NCBI GenBank assembly: GCA_051294905.1
Contig: CM119386.1
Coordinates: 16,492,001 to 16,556,000, forward strand
Direction of reading: 5' to 3'
Source: Botryllus schlosseri
Taxonomy: Eukaryota
Length of the DNA: 64,000 bases
Made by a program: the position numbers and the translations under genes. This document shows, one piece after another, positions 26,831-40,441 of this stretch. Positions within the stretch are counted from its first letter, which is position 1, and the number at the start of each line of letters is the position of its first letter. The notes under the pieces are model-generated. The model was not told the origin of the DNA, made no database searches, and saw only the letters and a list, made by a program, of their open reading frames with translations.

Positions 26831-29469
26831 TTAAGTAACGAATTCACTTGAGTAGAGATAAGGCAGAATGATCGCATAGCTCAAAAACGTCATCTCATCT
26901 GTTATCAAAATGTAAAATCAAGCTCAAATATCAGATAAGGGAATATTACAACATGCTCATCTGGCCGCTTGTGGTATGGGTTATTCATCAGGTCATCAAC
27001 AATAATACAAGTTACAGGAACATCCTAATCGTCACTATCAAGTTTTTACCTATAATAAAAGTCATAATAAAATGCTATGAATGTTCGAGTGTGTCTCCTG
27101 TCATCCATGTTATGACAATTCATTGGGACGTATCCAATAGCAACATACGATAGGGTATACAAAGCTACTGCACTCACGACCAAATTTCGTCAAAACTGTG
27201 GGGTAACTGGATAAGATATATTTGTGTATGCCAATATGCCGTGATTTGGTTCTGATGTCGAGTGACCAACACGGCAGCCTGATAATACCCCGGTATCGAA
27301 ATCCTTCATTTTTGTGTTTTGGTGATGATATTTTGTTCCTGTGTACTGTCCCGTGGAAAGGTTGTGCAACATACAGCGATATTGATATTAATTGTTTTCA
27401 ATCATGCTACTGGTCGGCCTCCCGCCAAGGGATTTGACCGTAGGCTAACTTCAAGTAACGTGGCTATTTTAATCGCCGTGTTGGATCACTGTCAATCGAC
27501 CTCTAAGCTGGGTTAGTGTGGATTTCAAAGATTAGTTCACGACCTAGGATGAGTCACGGGGAGTTCATTGGCATTACTTGGACACCCCGGAAAGGAAAGG
27601 TCCAAAGTTGTTTCATGCATGCGTGCCTTTGTACTCGACTATCTTAATACATCAAGGATCCCGTCATGTCCGACGGAAGCACAGACGGTTGCGATTTCTG
27701 ATCGACTCCGTAGCGAAAACGCAGCAATTCGGACTTTAGAGGGCCCATGTTTGCCATGCAAGCCCTCGTTCTAGTTAGATTAGCCAACCCACTCAATAAA
27801 CAGATGTGTTTGGGTGATTTTGTCGAACTAACTAATATATATATATATGTCTCTACACGAAAATTATTTCATTTTCACCGCTGTATGTATTAGTCTCGGA
27901 ACCTCGTTTGGTCGAGTATCACCATCGAAAAACATTTTGCATCAGGGTACCAATATTCATTGGAACGACACGTAGGCCTATAGTGACGGAGTCTGATATG
28001 GTCATTGGTCACAAACCGCTTCCTACAACATGTGAATAAGATACATGCAAAATTGCACATGCACATTGCACACAATGCACACTGAATGAAATGTAACAGA
28101 GATAATATAAAAGGACAAGAGACGAAACTGTTGTGGGATGTTTCCATATATATCAGATAAAGGTCTAGTAGTCTCGAGCACTGTCATCGGTCGTACAGTT
28201 AATTTACATTTATTTGTTCAGTTATTATTTTTGACTGTAACGACTTCAGGGTATAGTTAGATGCTCCTGGCGTGGTTGGCTTGGCTTTGATGGGGCTGAT
28301 ATATCGAGTCACCCGTCTATACGGTGGTTTCTTAAATTTGTACAACATTCCCTTCCACTGCAGATTTGTGATGTATTAATTTGCACGATTGACAAATTAC
28401 AGGTTATCTCTCTCCCTCTATAATGAAATATCATTCGGCATGATGGACACGATCATTGTATAATGTAGATGTACTGTACACACATATATCGAGACCAGAT
28501 TTAATGATGATCCGCGTTAGGCGGATACACGGCATAATGTAAGATCAAGACTGGCGTTGTGAATGAAAAGTGTTTGGATGGGGAGAGAATTTTCGAAAAA
28601 GAAAGGGACATAGTGAGACGTAGCAAACGACCACAATATCACGGTGTTAAAATCAAAATTCGGAGTCGGGTATGAGTGCTATACCCCTCTGTTTACGGTA
28701 CAGGGCAGCTCCTGAAGTTTATGTAAGACCATCTTTATTCTCACAGCAAAATTGTTGTGGTATTGGTTATCCAGATATTACCAATGCATTTCCATGCTAT
28801 GCGTGCATTCCTATTGCCTATGCATGAAAGTTGCCCGATATTTGAAAATGTGACACACTAAAATACGGTAGTTGTACTTGTACATGCGACATTTGGGCAT
28901 GTGACTCTATAATCCCAAAACTAACGCCAAGCTTAACCATAACCCCGACTGTGACCCTAACCCTATCACAATTCTAGTCCAAGCTTAGCCCACATGCTCA
29001 ACTATCGCATGTAGACATGTCGACCGACAAACAGGACTTTAGTATCACACAATATATCACAGCTCTTGGAAAGAGAAATGTCGAAGCCTACCATTACTTT
29101 CTCTTCATATAGTTACACTATTAGGCGCATCTACGATTTATGAAAATCCACTCACGATTTCATTCTTTTCCTAAGATCTTCACAAGTAGCAATCGCGGTG
29201 GTGCTATGGCAACACTTCGCAACATCTGAATAAATACTACGAGCTGTTTCACTGTTCTTCAGCAACAGATAACACTTTGATCAGCGGCGGTGAATGTGTA
29301 TGATGTCACTATAGTTCTATGTACTCTTCATTGAGCGTCAACAATGTTTCATTCGTGACACGTATATGTAGTAGCCATTTTGAAACGTAACCAGCTTAAT
29401 TTGGTGTGCTGATCCGCTAAATTACGCGAACTACATATGACTTCGGAGATTTTTTTTGATGTAAAACAC

Positions 29470-31580
29470 GGAAGATTTTTACCTAAAAAAGCAAAATTTT
29501 GACTTTTTTTTACCTTAAAAAACTTCATTTTGAGAAATTTTTCCCCTCATGTATGTAAAGATGTTCTCACACATAATGCTATAATTGTACTACTTATCTT
29601 CATTTCTGGTTTGAACTGTCTGTTTTTACAATGTAGTTGGTCCTGAAAAAACTTTTTTGACTTAAAAGCTGACAAATTTTTACATGAAAAAAACTTTATT
29701 TTAACGAAATCCGGACCTATATGAAGAATTCCAGTAGTTACATCACGTATCATGGTAGAAATAATTAGAGTTTGTTGTAGTACAACGAAAGATACTTACC
29801 TACATTCTCGGGTAGAAAGAGTCTGTCCTTACTAAGTATCAGTGACGTGCGGTGAGGTTCATGGCGGTGAGGCACGAACCCCCCCCCCCCCTACACACAC
29901 ACACACACACAACCACGCACGCACGTAAAGTACCTGATAAAGAGACCCAAAATGTGAATAACAACAGCAGCGGGAATAAAGAGCATTTTCTTTGCACACT
30001 GATAGCCGTTGCAATGCCACATTCTACAATACATGTAGGACTAGTCGCTATTGTGCTAAATGGGCAAGTTTAGACGGATAATAATCACTATCTCTTCAAG
30101 TACCGTTATAAATTATTCGAAGCTCATGAAAGTAGTATCCTCATTTACAAATATTTTTTCAGTAAAAAACACTAGATTTGCCGAATTTCGAAAGAAATGA
30201 CACTAGGACACTAGGTCAAGTCAAAATACACTAAATCTAGTGTAAAACACTAGGAGTGACACCACTGACCACAAGCAATGACAATGCAGGCTATGTAAGT
30301 GTAGCTATCGCATACCACAATTAAGGGTTATAGATATTGCAGTTGAACGCAGCATAAAGGCCACAAACAGCGACAATGCAGCCTATGCAAGTATAGCTAT
30401 CGCATACGTACCACAATTTAACGGAAAATATATAACAACTACATAAGTAAGGGCGGGGCCTACGATACGTAGGCCCCGGTAAGGGAATGTATTTGCTCCG
30501 CATTACGTATTGACCGTCGCCATTATATAATTCCTACATGACTGTTGTATTCCGAAATCGATAGCGCGTTCCACTGTGCTGCGATTGTCCAATTGTTAGC
30601 GAATAGTGCATGAGGCAGATTTGTTTGTGCCTCACCTGGCTATTGTTTTTATGCGATGACATTGTCTGTAATAAAGCCGAATGTCACCTTCCTTGGTGAT
30701 TTTTTTAGGGGGGAGGGGGGGTTCTGGTGCTCTGGCACTGTTAATATTTGGATTTTCGGAATCAGTGTGACGATAGCATTTGATTGATAACAGTTGTTAT
30801 GAATTCCGAGCTATTTATGATGAGACCCGCACGACCCGCCCGTGCCTCACCTGTGCCTTAATTCTCGTTTCGCGCTGTATTTTTGAATAATAGTGATGCA
30901 AATTGATGATATTGGGTGAAAAAATGTTCAAATTTAGTTATTTATGAACATCGATGTAAAATATCAATAATCATCGACGCATGGAGCCGATGGAGGGTTT
31001 TCACAATTTTCACCTACTCACTCTGACGACAGGTGAGGCACTGCCTCACCTGCCTCATTGGACCGCACGTCACTGCTAAGTAACTTGCCAAGTATGGAGA
31101 AGGAATGTTCAACAGCAGCAGTGCAGCAGTTGTTGGTTGGGAACACTTAAGTTGTGCGTAGACCGCTGGAGACACAACGTGTTGCTTCATTCTGACAATG
31201 TTGTCTACCTATATACATCACAATTTTTTGTCATGTGCTTCTTGATATAAAGACCAATTCCCACGCCGTCTTGCTTCAGTTAGGATATTGCGGTACGTTG
31301 AGCATAACACGATGTCAGCATATTTGTTTCATTTGACCGTTTATGATTCATAATGAACAGACAATGGGCCGTCTACAACAGTAGGCCTATAAAGTAGGTA
31401 ACAAGCTGTAAAATATCAAATGATAAGTTCCCCGACAGTGCAAACATCTGCAATACAAACGAAAAGCAGGTTACAAAAACTTTTTGACTTTGTAAACAAT
31501 TTTGACAATTTTTTGACCTGACGCTACAATTTTGACAAAATTTTGACTTATTTTGACATGTCAAAAAATAAATCGCACTA
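29470..31580 (-). mobile_element. hAT deletion-derivative copy C (reverse orientation), interrupted at 29840-31075
   Basis: 29550-29839 and 31076-31580 are reverse-complement matches to copies A and B; terminus aaatcgcacta at 31570-31580. Left boundary approximate. Confidence 0.8.
29840..31075. mobile_element. Nested hAT non-autonomous element (1236 bp) with GGTGAGGCA subterminal repeats
   Basis: Perfect 14-bp TIR CAGTGACGTGCGGT / ACCGCACGTCACTG; TSD ctaagtat / ctaagtaa (7/8). Contains poly-C/(AC)n at 29880-29912, cactag repeats at 30170-30268 and a diverged tandem duplication at about 30273-30430. Confidence 0.9.
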
Positions 31581-31924
31581 CCAATGCAGTTAACTCTATG
31601 AGTACATGTTATCTGGCATTACAACATGTATTATTGTAATTTTCCATAAGTGTACCCTGGTGGCATCCATTGGATTGAATGAGCCAGGTGAATATTCGGA
31701 CCGTAGCTACTGATCCCTCGAGCACGCTTCCAAATTTCCATCTGTCAAGCTGGAACCTTACATCAGTATATGATGGAATGGGTGACAGGCTGACGTTTAT
31801 CTACAATATGAGGATAGCGGTGCATAATCCTCTGGTCATTGTCATAGGAGATTCATACTTATAGCGAGCTCCCCGCCGTTTTGAAATGCTAGGCATTGCA
31901 TATATTGATACCATAAAGTGTTAT

Positions 31925-31950
31925 AGTATGTGTTTGTATGTGTTTGTATG
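31925..31950. repeat. Short tandem repeat (gtatgtgttt)n, about 2.5 units
   Basis: Seen directly. Confidence 0.7.
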
Positions 31951-32295
31951 AATTGATCACAAAATAATGGGAATTCGTGTCTGAAACCATAGTTTTTGTC
32001 CGAATTTCAAGAGTCCCGTTAAGTTGAATGGTCCAATTTCCTAACATTATACTTTCCCACCAGAAGATAAAATATTACGAAAATGTTGAATATATATATG
32101 TGATATAAACTAAATCACAAGTATTGTAGACTATGATGCTCCCAGAAATTAAAATAATCCGCTCCCATCCATCGCGCAGGGTCCCAGTCGCTTCATTATA
32201 TGCTTAGTTTTAAACTTGTACGTTCCAGTCCTTACAATCCCACGAATACGGCGAATAGTTGAAGGATGGATTGAACAAAATAAATTCGCCTTCAG

Positions 32296-32478
32296 AATCC
32301 AAAGTCGCCGTCCCTGGTATCAACGTGGCGGATGATGGAAGCAGTGAGGCAACTTTCCCAGAAAGAAACACACTACATATCAAGAAAGAATTGATCCCAC
32401 CATCAATCTGCACGGCGTGCAACGAAGAAATTCTCGATAAATACTACATGAAAGTCGACGGCCGTTGCTGGCACGAAA
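32296..32478 (+). CDS. Lmx1: Lmx1 exon: N-terminal region and first half of LIM1 (…PPSICTACNEEILDKYYMKVDGRCWHE)
   Basis: C-x2-C…WHE LIM signature and donor A|GTAAGC at 32479. The best acceptor is ttcgccttCAG| at 32295. The frame is open back to 32259, so the 5' boundary is less certain than the 3'. Confidence 0.9.
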
Positions 32479-32777
32479 GTAAGCATAAAATATTGAACAA
32501 TAGTTCTTGAACTGAGTTATGGATATGTTTCTCTAAACCTCCCATGTAGTTACGTGGCGCCAAATGTACCTATGATATCGGCCTTGCTCTTTTTTCATTT
32601 TTCCGTCGTATAATTGTAATCGAAGAATCGATATGCCTATTTCAGCTCTTGGCTCTGACTTGAAATTTACAATCTACTGTGGGTTGTGAATTTGTGATAC
32701 TTGCACGCCTGCCATTTGTTAGGCCTTTGTCTATATAAATTTCTAATTATGCCTGATATTACACGATGTGTATTTAG

Positions 32778-32868
32778 AATGCGTTCATTGTACCGGTTGT
32801 GAACAGACCTTCAAAGAATCTTGTTTCTCCAAAAACTCAAAACTGTACTGCAAAGAATGCTATCAACG
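32778..32868 (+). CDS. Lmx1: Lmx1 exon: second half of LIM1 (KCVHCTGCEQTFKESCFSKNSKLYCKECYQR)
   Basis: Not in the ORF track. tattTAG| acceptor and CG|GTGAGT donor; phases 1 and 2 fit both neighbours and complete the LIM1 zinc ligands. Confidence 0.93.
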
Positions 32869-35642
32869 GTGAGTTTTCGACATTTCGATCCAATATTCTC
32901 GACCAATAGTCGTCGCCGAGAGGCGAAGATTGCATGCTTGCGTATGTGTTACTTTTCTTGTAGTATATGAACCACAATTGATGTTTCGGATCGCATATAG
33001 TTTGCACCCTTAGTTTTTTAGTATGTTTGGAATTTCCAATTGGTAATGCTGCATACCACAGCGTAAAATGATTTTACTTCCTTATAAAGTTTAAAGGCAG
33101 AATATTCTACCGGTGAACTTACCGTTCATGTCTGACGGTTGTAATGGAATTCTCCGATCCTCCTACAGCCGTATTTTAGCGAGACAAGCTACGTGCTTCC
33201 GCCAATGTATTTCTTCATTCGAATGTTTCGCGGAAGCGATATATACTTGACATCAAAGAGGAGTCACAAATGAATTGGTTGCCAGGCAAAATAATTCATT
33301 GCCGTTGTGCATTTCTAGTATTTACATATTAACTCGAACAAATACCGCGAGGAATTCGGTATTTGCGCTGTGTGATTCCGCTACGCTTTTCTATTTCGGG
33401 TACTTGATTTATTCGTAGGATTATATCGAGACTTTGTTGCCTACAATTGTCTTGGCATGAGTTATCGTCCTATCTAGTGCGTCCACATCATCAAACCTTT
33501 TCCAAGTAAAATGGTACAGTCGCTGGGAGCTCTGGTAAATGTTGAATAATAATCAAGCCTTATTTTGTAAGCTGATTTAGTGAGTCAAGACATGACAGTA
33601 CTATTGTTCGGCTTATTACACCTTCGGGACATTTGAGTAGATTTTCGCGACATGTATTGATGAGGGATATCCAATTTATTTCTCTCGGTGTACTAACAAT
33701 AACAATAGCATCGCGTCATCGTCGTTATCACGTATAAATGTACCGGAATGGTTCTGAACTTCAGTAGTATTACGTGTAATGTCCTATATGTGTATTGGAA
33801 AGCGCCCACCTCAACAAATGGAGTCTGATGTCAAGTATTCTCGGGTATACAGTACGAAGATATTTCCGAATCACTGTAAACAGATTGCGTACCTGAAGGC
33901 ATTATAAATGGTAGACGAACACACATTCCCTGTGGGTAATAGTGTAAATGGTCTATAGGCTTTCCCACAATGCTTTAAGCTATATAAGTATATATCTATG
34001 TAAAGTCGATTTAAAGAATCTTCATCCCTGCTACATCTGGAATACTTTCCCTATGACCTTGGCATTTTATTATAGTAATCCCTGTTTTGTTTACCTACAA
34101 TCAGAACAAACCGCAACCGAAGTGCGTGACGATGCACTCGGTGAAATATAATCCACTATGGTGATCAAGAAACACCATACCACCCTGGTCGTAGGGTCGA
34201 TTTGGTTTTAGTTTTTTCGAATTTCTGGCCTTGAAATTGACCTCTGTGGTATCGCGAGCAGTTGAATACTTTGAGAAAGTTTTCGGTTGCAGGTCGCCGT
34301 CGCTATTGTTTGATAGCGCCGTAACGTGTAGCGTGCTGTAAGATACACGATCCGCGAATTTCCTCAAAATAGTGCATGCTCCAAGCATGCCGAGATTAAT
34401 CGCTACCCACACAGGTAATGTCAAGGTCATGTTTACCCTGTATGCGTAGTCTAAACCTGACTTTCCCACAGGGTATTTTTGTGGCTTGGGTTGTTAACTC
34501 AGAGCTTACTATAGATACCACGTGGAACCATAGGAATGAAATGCGATATATGAATTGCAAACAAATCTGTTCGGACTGCAAAATATTATGCAAAAATGCA
34601 TACATTAATATACTACATATTAAACGAATGTGATATAATTGACCGAGTACACTACATTAGTACAATATAAACGAATAGTTCTACCAACGTGACCGCTTCT
34701 CAGCTTCGTTTCCTGCCAAGCTATACCGAAATATGCGTAATAGCATGCCTCTGACATTCGCCCCGGTCTCACATACGCATTAAATTGCGATATGATTATA
34801 CGCTTCTATTTTATACCACAAAGCATTGATGTAATTATACGGTCCGCTGCGTAATAATTGTATAGCATATAATGAAATCAGAGGCTTGTCACTATTTCGA
34901 TTTTGGAGATCATTTGTTACGGAAGCGTAAGACTTGGATAGAATTAATTCATCAAGTATTTCATTGCTATATTTTTAACTTGCTTTTGGTATGCTTTTCA
35001 ACAAATGCGCATTTATACAGCAATTAACACGGTGTCAGAGCTTAGCAGGTGTCGAAACGGGCAATTCAGCAACATAAACTGCAGAATATGGAAAGATTAT
35101 ATTTTCTCTCTGATTCTCACCCCGCGGGACCTTCTCCATCCGTCCGAGCCACTAGAGACCGGTATCGATAAGATGCTGAATAGCTTGATCATCGCCTTCT
35201 TGCGATGTCGTTTATGACGTGACGTGGCTCATTGCCATTCCTGTCTCGTGAGATATCAAATCACTTGTAACCGCGGTGCATGGAACATCGCGTTTGTATC
35301 GGTTAGACTGCGTAGTTGTAGTGTGTTGACTATGAACTAAAGTCAAAAGTACCTTCAAGTATCTTGGAAATTGACGATACCAGAGTACAAAAAGATATTC
35401 GCATTCCACAAGGTGTGCTATGTGATAACACTTATAGTAGGATACTTTGTGTGTGAAATATTAAGTCACACATATACGCAGTGTCCTGCAAACAACTATC
35501 TAATCGTAGGATTGGGCTCTCAAACCTGGAAAATCATATTGCAGAAAACATTACTTCCCAACTAGCCTATGTCATCATGAAAATTTGTAGTTTGCAAACA
35601 TTGGAAATCTAGCTACCTGCTGAAATACCCAATGCTTATCAT

Positions 35643-36486
35643 TAGGGCGATATTTTCTGATATGTCAAAATAAGTCAAAATTGTAGCGTTAGGTCAGCAA
35701 ATTGTCAAGATAGTTTACAAAGTCAAAATTTATTTGCAACCTGCATTTCGTTTGTATCGTAAATGTTTACACTGGTGGTGAACTTGTCATTTGACACGTG
35801 ACAGCATCTTTAAGCCTACTTTACAGGCCTACCGTTGTAGACTGCCCGTTATCTGCTCACGGTCAAATGAAACATGCTGACATGGTGTTATGAGCAACGT
35901 ACCGCAATATCCTAACTGAAGCAAGACTGCGTGGGCATTGGTTCTTATATCATGATGAAAAATCATGATGTAGACAACATTGTCAGAATGAAGCAACACG
36001 GTGTGTCACCAGCAGTGTACGCACAACTTCAGTGTTGCCAGCCAACAACTGCTGCTATAGAACATTCTTTCTCCATTCTTGTCAAGGTACTTAGTAAGGA
36101 CAGACACTTTCTACCCGAAAATGTAGGAAAGAATCATTCGTTGTACTACAACAAATTCTAATTATTTCTATCACAATGCGTGATGTAACTACTGGAATTC
36201 TTCATAGGTCCAGATTTCGTTAAAATAAAGTTTTTTTCATGTAAAAATTTGTGAGTTTTTCAGCCAAACTAGTTTTGTTAGGCTAAACTACTTCGTAAGG
36301 ACAAACAGTTTCAACCAGAAATGAAGATAACTAGTACAATTCTGACATTAAGTGGGAAACACATAATTGATATACATGAGGTCAAAATTTGGTCAAAATT
36401 AAGTTTTGTAAGGTCATAAAAGTCAAGATTTTGATTTTGAAGGTCAAAACTTTCCTTTTTTTAGGTCAAGAACAAATCGCCCTATT
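35643..36486 (+). mobile_element. hAT deletion-derivative copy B (844 bp, uninterrupted) in the long Lmx1 intron
   Basis: TIR TAGGGCGAT / AAATCGCCCTA; TSD cttatcat / tttatcac (6/8). ORF 35931-36161 contains CQPTTAAIEHSFSILVKVLSKDRHF. Confidence 0.88.
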
Positions 36487-37177
36487 TATCACATATGATT
36501 GAACGCCATAGCGTAGCCATGTGCTCCTGAATAAAAATAATTTTCGTTTAGTAACATTCATTCCATGGACAAGTCCCGCAGTAGTAGTAATATTGTATTA
36601 TTGACTGTGATCAAACCAAAACTAATATGACGTTGTTGCCGGGTCAAACTTGTTGAACCCGAGAGTCAATACTTCAGACAAGCAAATTAGGACCATGGAG
36701 GTTTCGGATTTTCGTCGGTTTTGCAGCGCAATATTTCTTCATTATATAGGTGCAATTAGATTGGTTTCAGTTTTAGCAAATATTTCCCCGCTGTTTTCCA
36801 TCAAATTCAACACCGTGTCGCGATTTCCGACCGATAAAACTTGGAAAACCCAATTTTCCGGTCGCCACCTAACGAACTTGCAAAGGTGATTATAACGTGT
36901 AAACAGATTAAGGCGTCACAACGAAATTCGATTTCGATGTCGAATTTGAGTAGTGCCGATGAGAAGTGCGGACGGGTATCAAAGTCATAGTGATATTACA
37001 ACAGTACTGACTCTGGAAATAATTGAAATAGCGCGTAGTGAAATTTAGTAGCATAACGTACGACATCATGTGTCGAGTGTACGTGTACACTCCTCGTTTC
37101 ACGAAAGAGTGGATGGAAACGTGAGTCTTTAGTTTATTCATTTCGAAATATTTCCAAATCGATATTTGCCTATGGTT

Positions 37178-38413
37178 CAGGGGTCGGAAACCTTTTTTTG
37201 TTCGAGGAGCCATATTGGTCCTATTTTTACATTTTAACTCCCAAAGAGCCATACATGTCAATCAACTGTTACGTCACAATTGAAAATTCACACCTATTCG
37301 AACTCACTACATGGGATTCGTCGTACGGAATCACATTTTCTCTGTAAAAACTCCTACCATTCACGCTGGTTGGCTTATCTAAGTATGCGAAACTTGATTT
37401 ACGAGAACGAAGGTTTGTCGTGATGCTCCTGCGAGAAGCCGAGAACCCATGATCACATGCGTAGGTGGAGCCAAACATGGTCAATACAGCAGAATAAGTC
37501 CCTACCCACTCTAGGCTGTGATATATCAGTGACGTCGGGTCAGTGGAGGCAAGTGTGGCGGTACCTCGTCTGTCGTCAGGATGAGTGAATGAAAATTGTG
37601 AAACCTTCAATCACAATTGGTATTTTTTATCGATGTTCATGAATGACAAGATATTGTACATTTCCCCCTCAAATCACACAATTTACATATTTATGTTTCG
37701 AAAATGAAGCGCGAATCGAGAGGTGAAGCACAGATGGACCAAGCGTCATCATCGATAACGTAATTCATCGTAAATAGCTTGGAATTTAATGTAGACTATC
37801 TGATATTAATCGAATGTTACTGTAACGATTCCGAAAATCTAAATACTGATCGACTTCTCAATTCTCAAAGTATTCGGCGGTATAACATATAACGTTGCGC
37901 TACACGCCTACATTATATCGCCAGAACTACAGAGCTATTTACCAATCAAGAACGTGGATAGTTATGACTTCGTTTGTAACGTCCACGGCAGTTCATTTTG
38001 CAGCGTACGCAGATCAGGAAGACAGTGTGTATTTGATAACTTCGTTGTCACATGGTCGTCGCCATGTCTGCTATTCTCTTTGATCAATCAACGTATCGTG
38101 CAATCCAAGATTTCGAGTCGGGTACATCAAATTCGCGAGGGATATAGGTCGACGGCGCGACAGTAACTTAAATTTGAGGATTTTGAAAGGAGGGGGTCCG
38201 AGCCCCTAAACCAGGAAACCTGAGAACGGCATTGGCATTGTGTTTACCTCTCAAAGACATGTTTGTACTGCCTCGAGAAATGTGATGAAAATTTAATAAC
38301 AAGTTGCTGCAATGTTTATCAATTCTGTACAAAAATAAATATTTGGCAAAGAGCCATATCTTGCACCCAAAAGAGCCATATATGGCTCGCGAGCGATAGG
38401 TTCCCGAACACTG
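37178..38413 (-). mobile_element. SPIN/Buster-type hAT derivative with a transposase C-terminal remnant
   Basis: TIR CAGGGGTCGGAAACC / GGTTCCCGAACACTG and a gagccatatatggctc subterminal palindrome. The minus-strand VLTMFGSTYACDHGFSASRRSITTNLRSR matches the MFGSTYLCE..FS.M…K…RSRL motif. TSD degenerate (ctatggtt / catagttg). Confidence 0.8.
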
Positions 38414-40249
38414 CATAGTTGGAAAGCAGTAGTTCAAAACTATATCATCCTTTGGATGCCATTTTAAGCAGCAGAAATATCACATGTATTCCGCTCGGAG
38501 GTTCCACAATTTAACGTCTCTTCTGCGGCATCAACAGCTATGAAATATATGCCCAAACTGTACTGTAAGTAGATTCCGAACCTGCGAATGTTGAAGTTGT
38601 CCAGTCAATGTTATTATCAGGTTGGTTGATTGCTCATATAGTATGTCAATGGATTCCAACTAAAACCCGAAACAGCAGATTGAAGCTCGAACTATTAATT
38701 TGAGTCACTTCTGTCACGTTGCGTCTTCTGATCTTTTAGATGGACGTGCGGCTTACTCTGATGACTATTCATGATATATTATTATTTTCACACACATATA
38801 TAATGCTCTTGCTGCACAATCTTATGTACAAATTGAAACTTCCAACAATGTTGTATATGTATAGTTAGGTGGTACAGATTCTGGTGATTCAGTTTCGCGA
38901 ATTTCAGTCATATCTCAAAAAATTTGAAAAATGGGTGGTACGATCAGACCACGCCTGATATGTGAATGAGGTGAAATGTTTACTTCCACAGACTTGAGCG
39001 TTATGGCTCCTTGTATTTGTCTGCCGTGTCACAGCAAGAACAACACGTCCTGCATATAATCCACTTCACGTTAAATCCCTTCTCCGACAATCGACAGTGA
39101 AAGTTTGCTATCCCAAGGTCGAGCGCGAGTCAAACAAATCGATCTTTATTGCTGCGACGTCAAAGAGTAAGGATTATCCTGACTTAGGCAGTAAGAAGTT
39201 GAGTGTTCGGCGAGGCACGTTTACTCTTCAACGTGATCAGGGCTATTCGATTTCTAAATAGAGATCCCGGTGTCGGATGGCAGCAGACGATTTTCCCATA
39301 CGTCTCTGGATATCCGCATGCATGACTGCTTCTAACGACGAAGTTTGTAGGTGTTATCATGTTTGGTTCTACACAAAGTTTGCCACTGTACAGTGTACAT
39401 ACATAAGTTCGACACCTCACTGCGGACGCAGCACATGCGATTTGAAATGATTGTGAACCTCTGCGGATGTACCTGTGTCTCACTCTCAAGGAAATTATTG
39501 TATCATCTATATGCCTTACTTAAAATGCACGCATTTACCTGCCTCGTTGTTAACATAATAAAAAGGAGGTGAAAAAATATTAGGCATGACCTATCGCTAT
39601 TATCATTTATGAGTCTGCTAATGCATTAAGTATACGCGCGACCGCAGAGTCTAGATACGTATCAGTTTTTCGACATGTGCGCGTACGCTTTTGAGCGTGC
39701 GATCTCTAATCTTCGGAAGTACAAAAGATCTTTCCCATGACACTCCGTCGTGCGGTCGGTCGTTCCTGGCGATTTTATGTTGACATCTCATGTCTAAAAG
39801 CATTACAAAAAGCATTTCGTTTAGTGATATCATGTATTATGTATCCGGGCACATTTAAACAAATTGGAGAACATAAACTAAATGCGCAAATATCAATTTG
39901 CGCGTCGGAAACGTTAGTTCATGAATGATTGAAACAGAAATATATCGTCGAAGCGAAGTCAAAGGACTATATACAGCGCGCGGCATTCCCATACATGCTT
40001 GGAATGGCTGTGCGTTGAAGTAAAGTGAACTTGTGACCTTCCGCGACCAATTCGAAAGAAATAGAATATAGCAGCAGTGATTTTGGGGTCAGCACCATTC
40101 CAATGAGCTTTTACAAAGCCATATGCTCTAACAAGTTCATCGGACTCCCCCTTCGATTCTGTTGAAATCGCACTTGATTCAAGTAAACGAAAACGTTATA
40201 AATTGATTCATAGCTCCGTACATATGAATAGCAGTGTTATAGGCCTACG

Positions 40250-40441
40250 TGAGCAGACAATTTTCAGCTTTTCTAACTTAGAATAGAATTAGAATTATAG
40301 CTATACTATTTTTGTTTCTCAATTAGTCTCGGATTAAAATTACTAAACTCGTGACAGAGCTTTAAAAAAATTCACAAATTAGATTGGAACTATATTACCG
40401 TCATTTCGCTCTATTATTCTAATTATATTTATCCAAGTTTG
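40250..40441. mobile_element. AATTAG-rich MITE family, short copy
   Basis: Shares ttttcagcttttc.aa.ttagaa and the terminal tccaagt.tg with 49827-50220. Confidence 0.6.

Noticed and set aside
28920-28990. Telomere-like CCCTAA / TAACC motifs
   Set aside because: Only 1-2 degenerate units embedded in repeat-like sequence; not a telomeric array.
32259-32295. TTG-initiated LKDGLNKI resembling the vertebrate LMX1A start MLDGLKME (non-AUG start idea)
   Set aside because: The similarity covers only 3-4 residues. A good phase-1 acceptor at 32295 and an upstream KME-containing exon with a strong donor explain the 5' end more simply. It is not excluded without transcript data.
34101-34469. 122-aa antisense ORF inside the long Lmx1 intron (nested-gene idea)
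   Set aside because: No recognisable domain and no partner exons found.
37135-37170. SIWKYFE resembling the start of a BED zinc finger
   Set aside because: It lies outside the adjacent hAT TIR and is not followed by the Cys/His ligands.
29840-38413. Two hAT elements of identical length (1236 bp at 29840-31075 and 37178-38413)
   Set aside because: They have different TIRs, subterminal repeats and interiors, and I saw no similarity between them; treated as coincidence.
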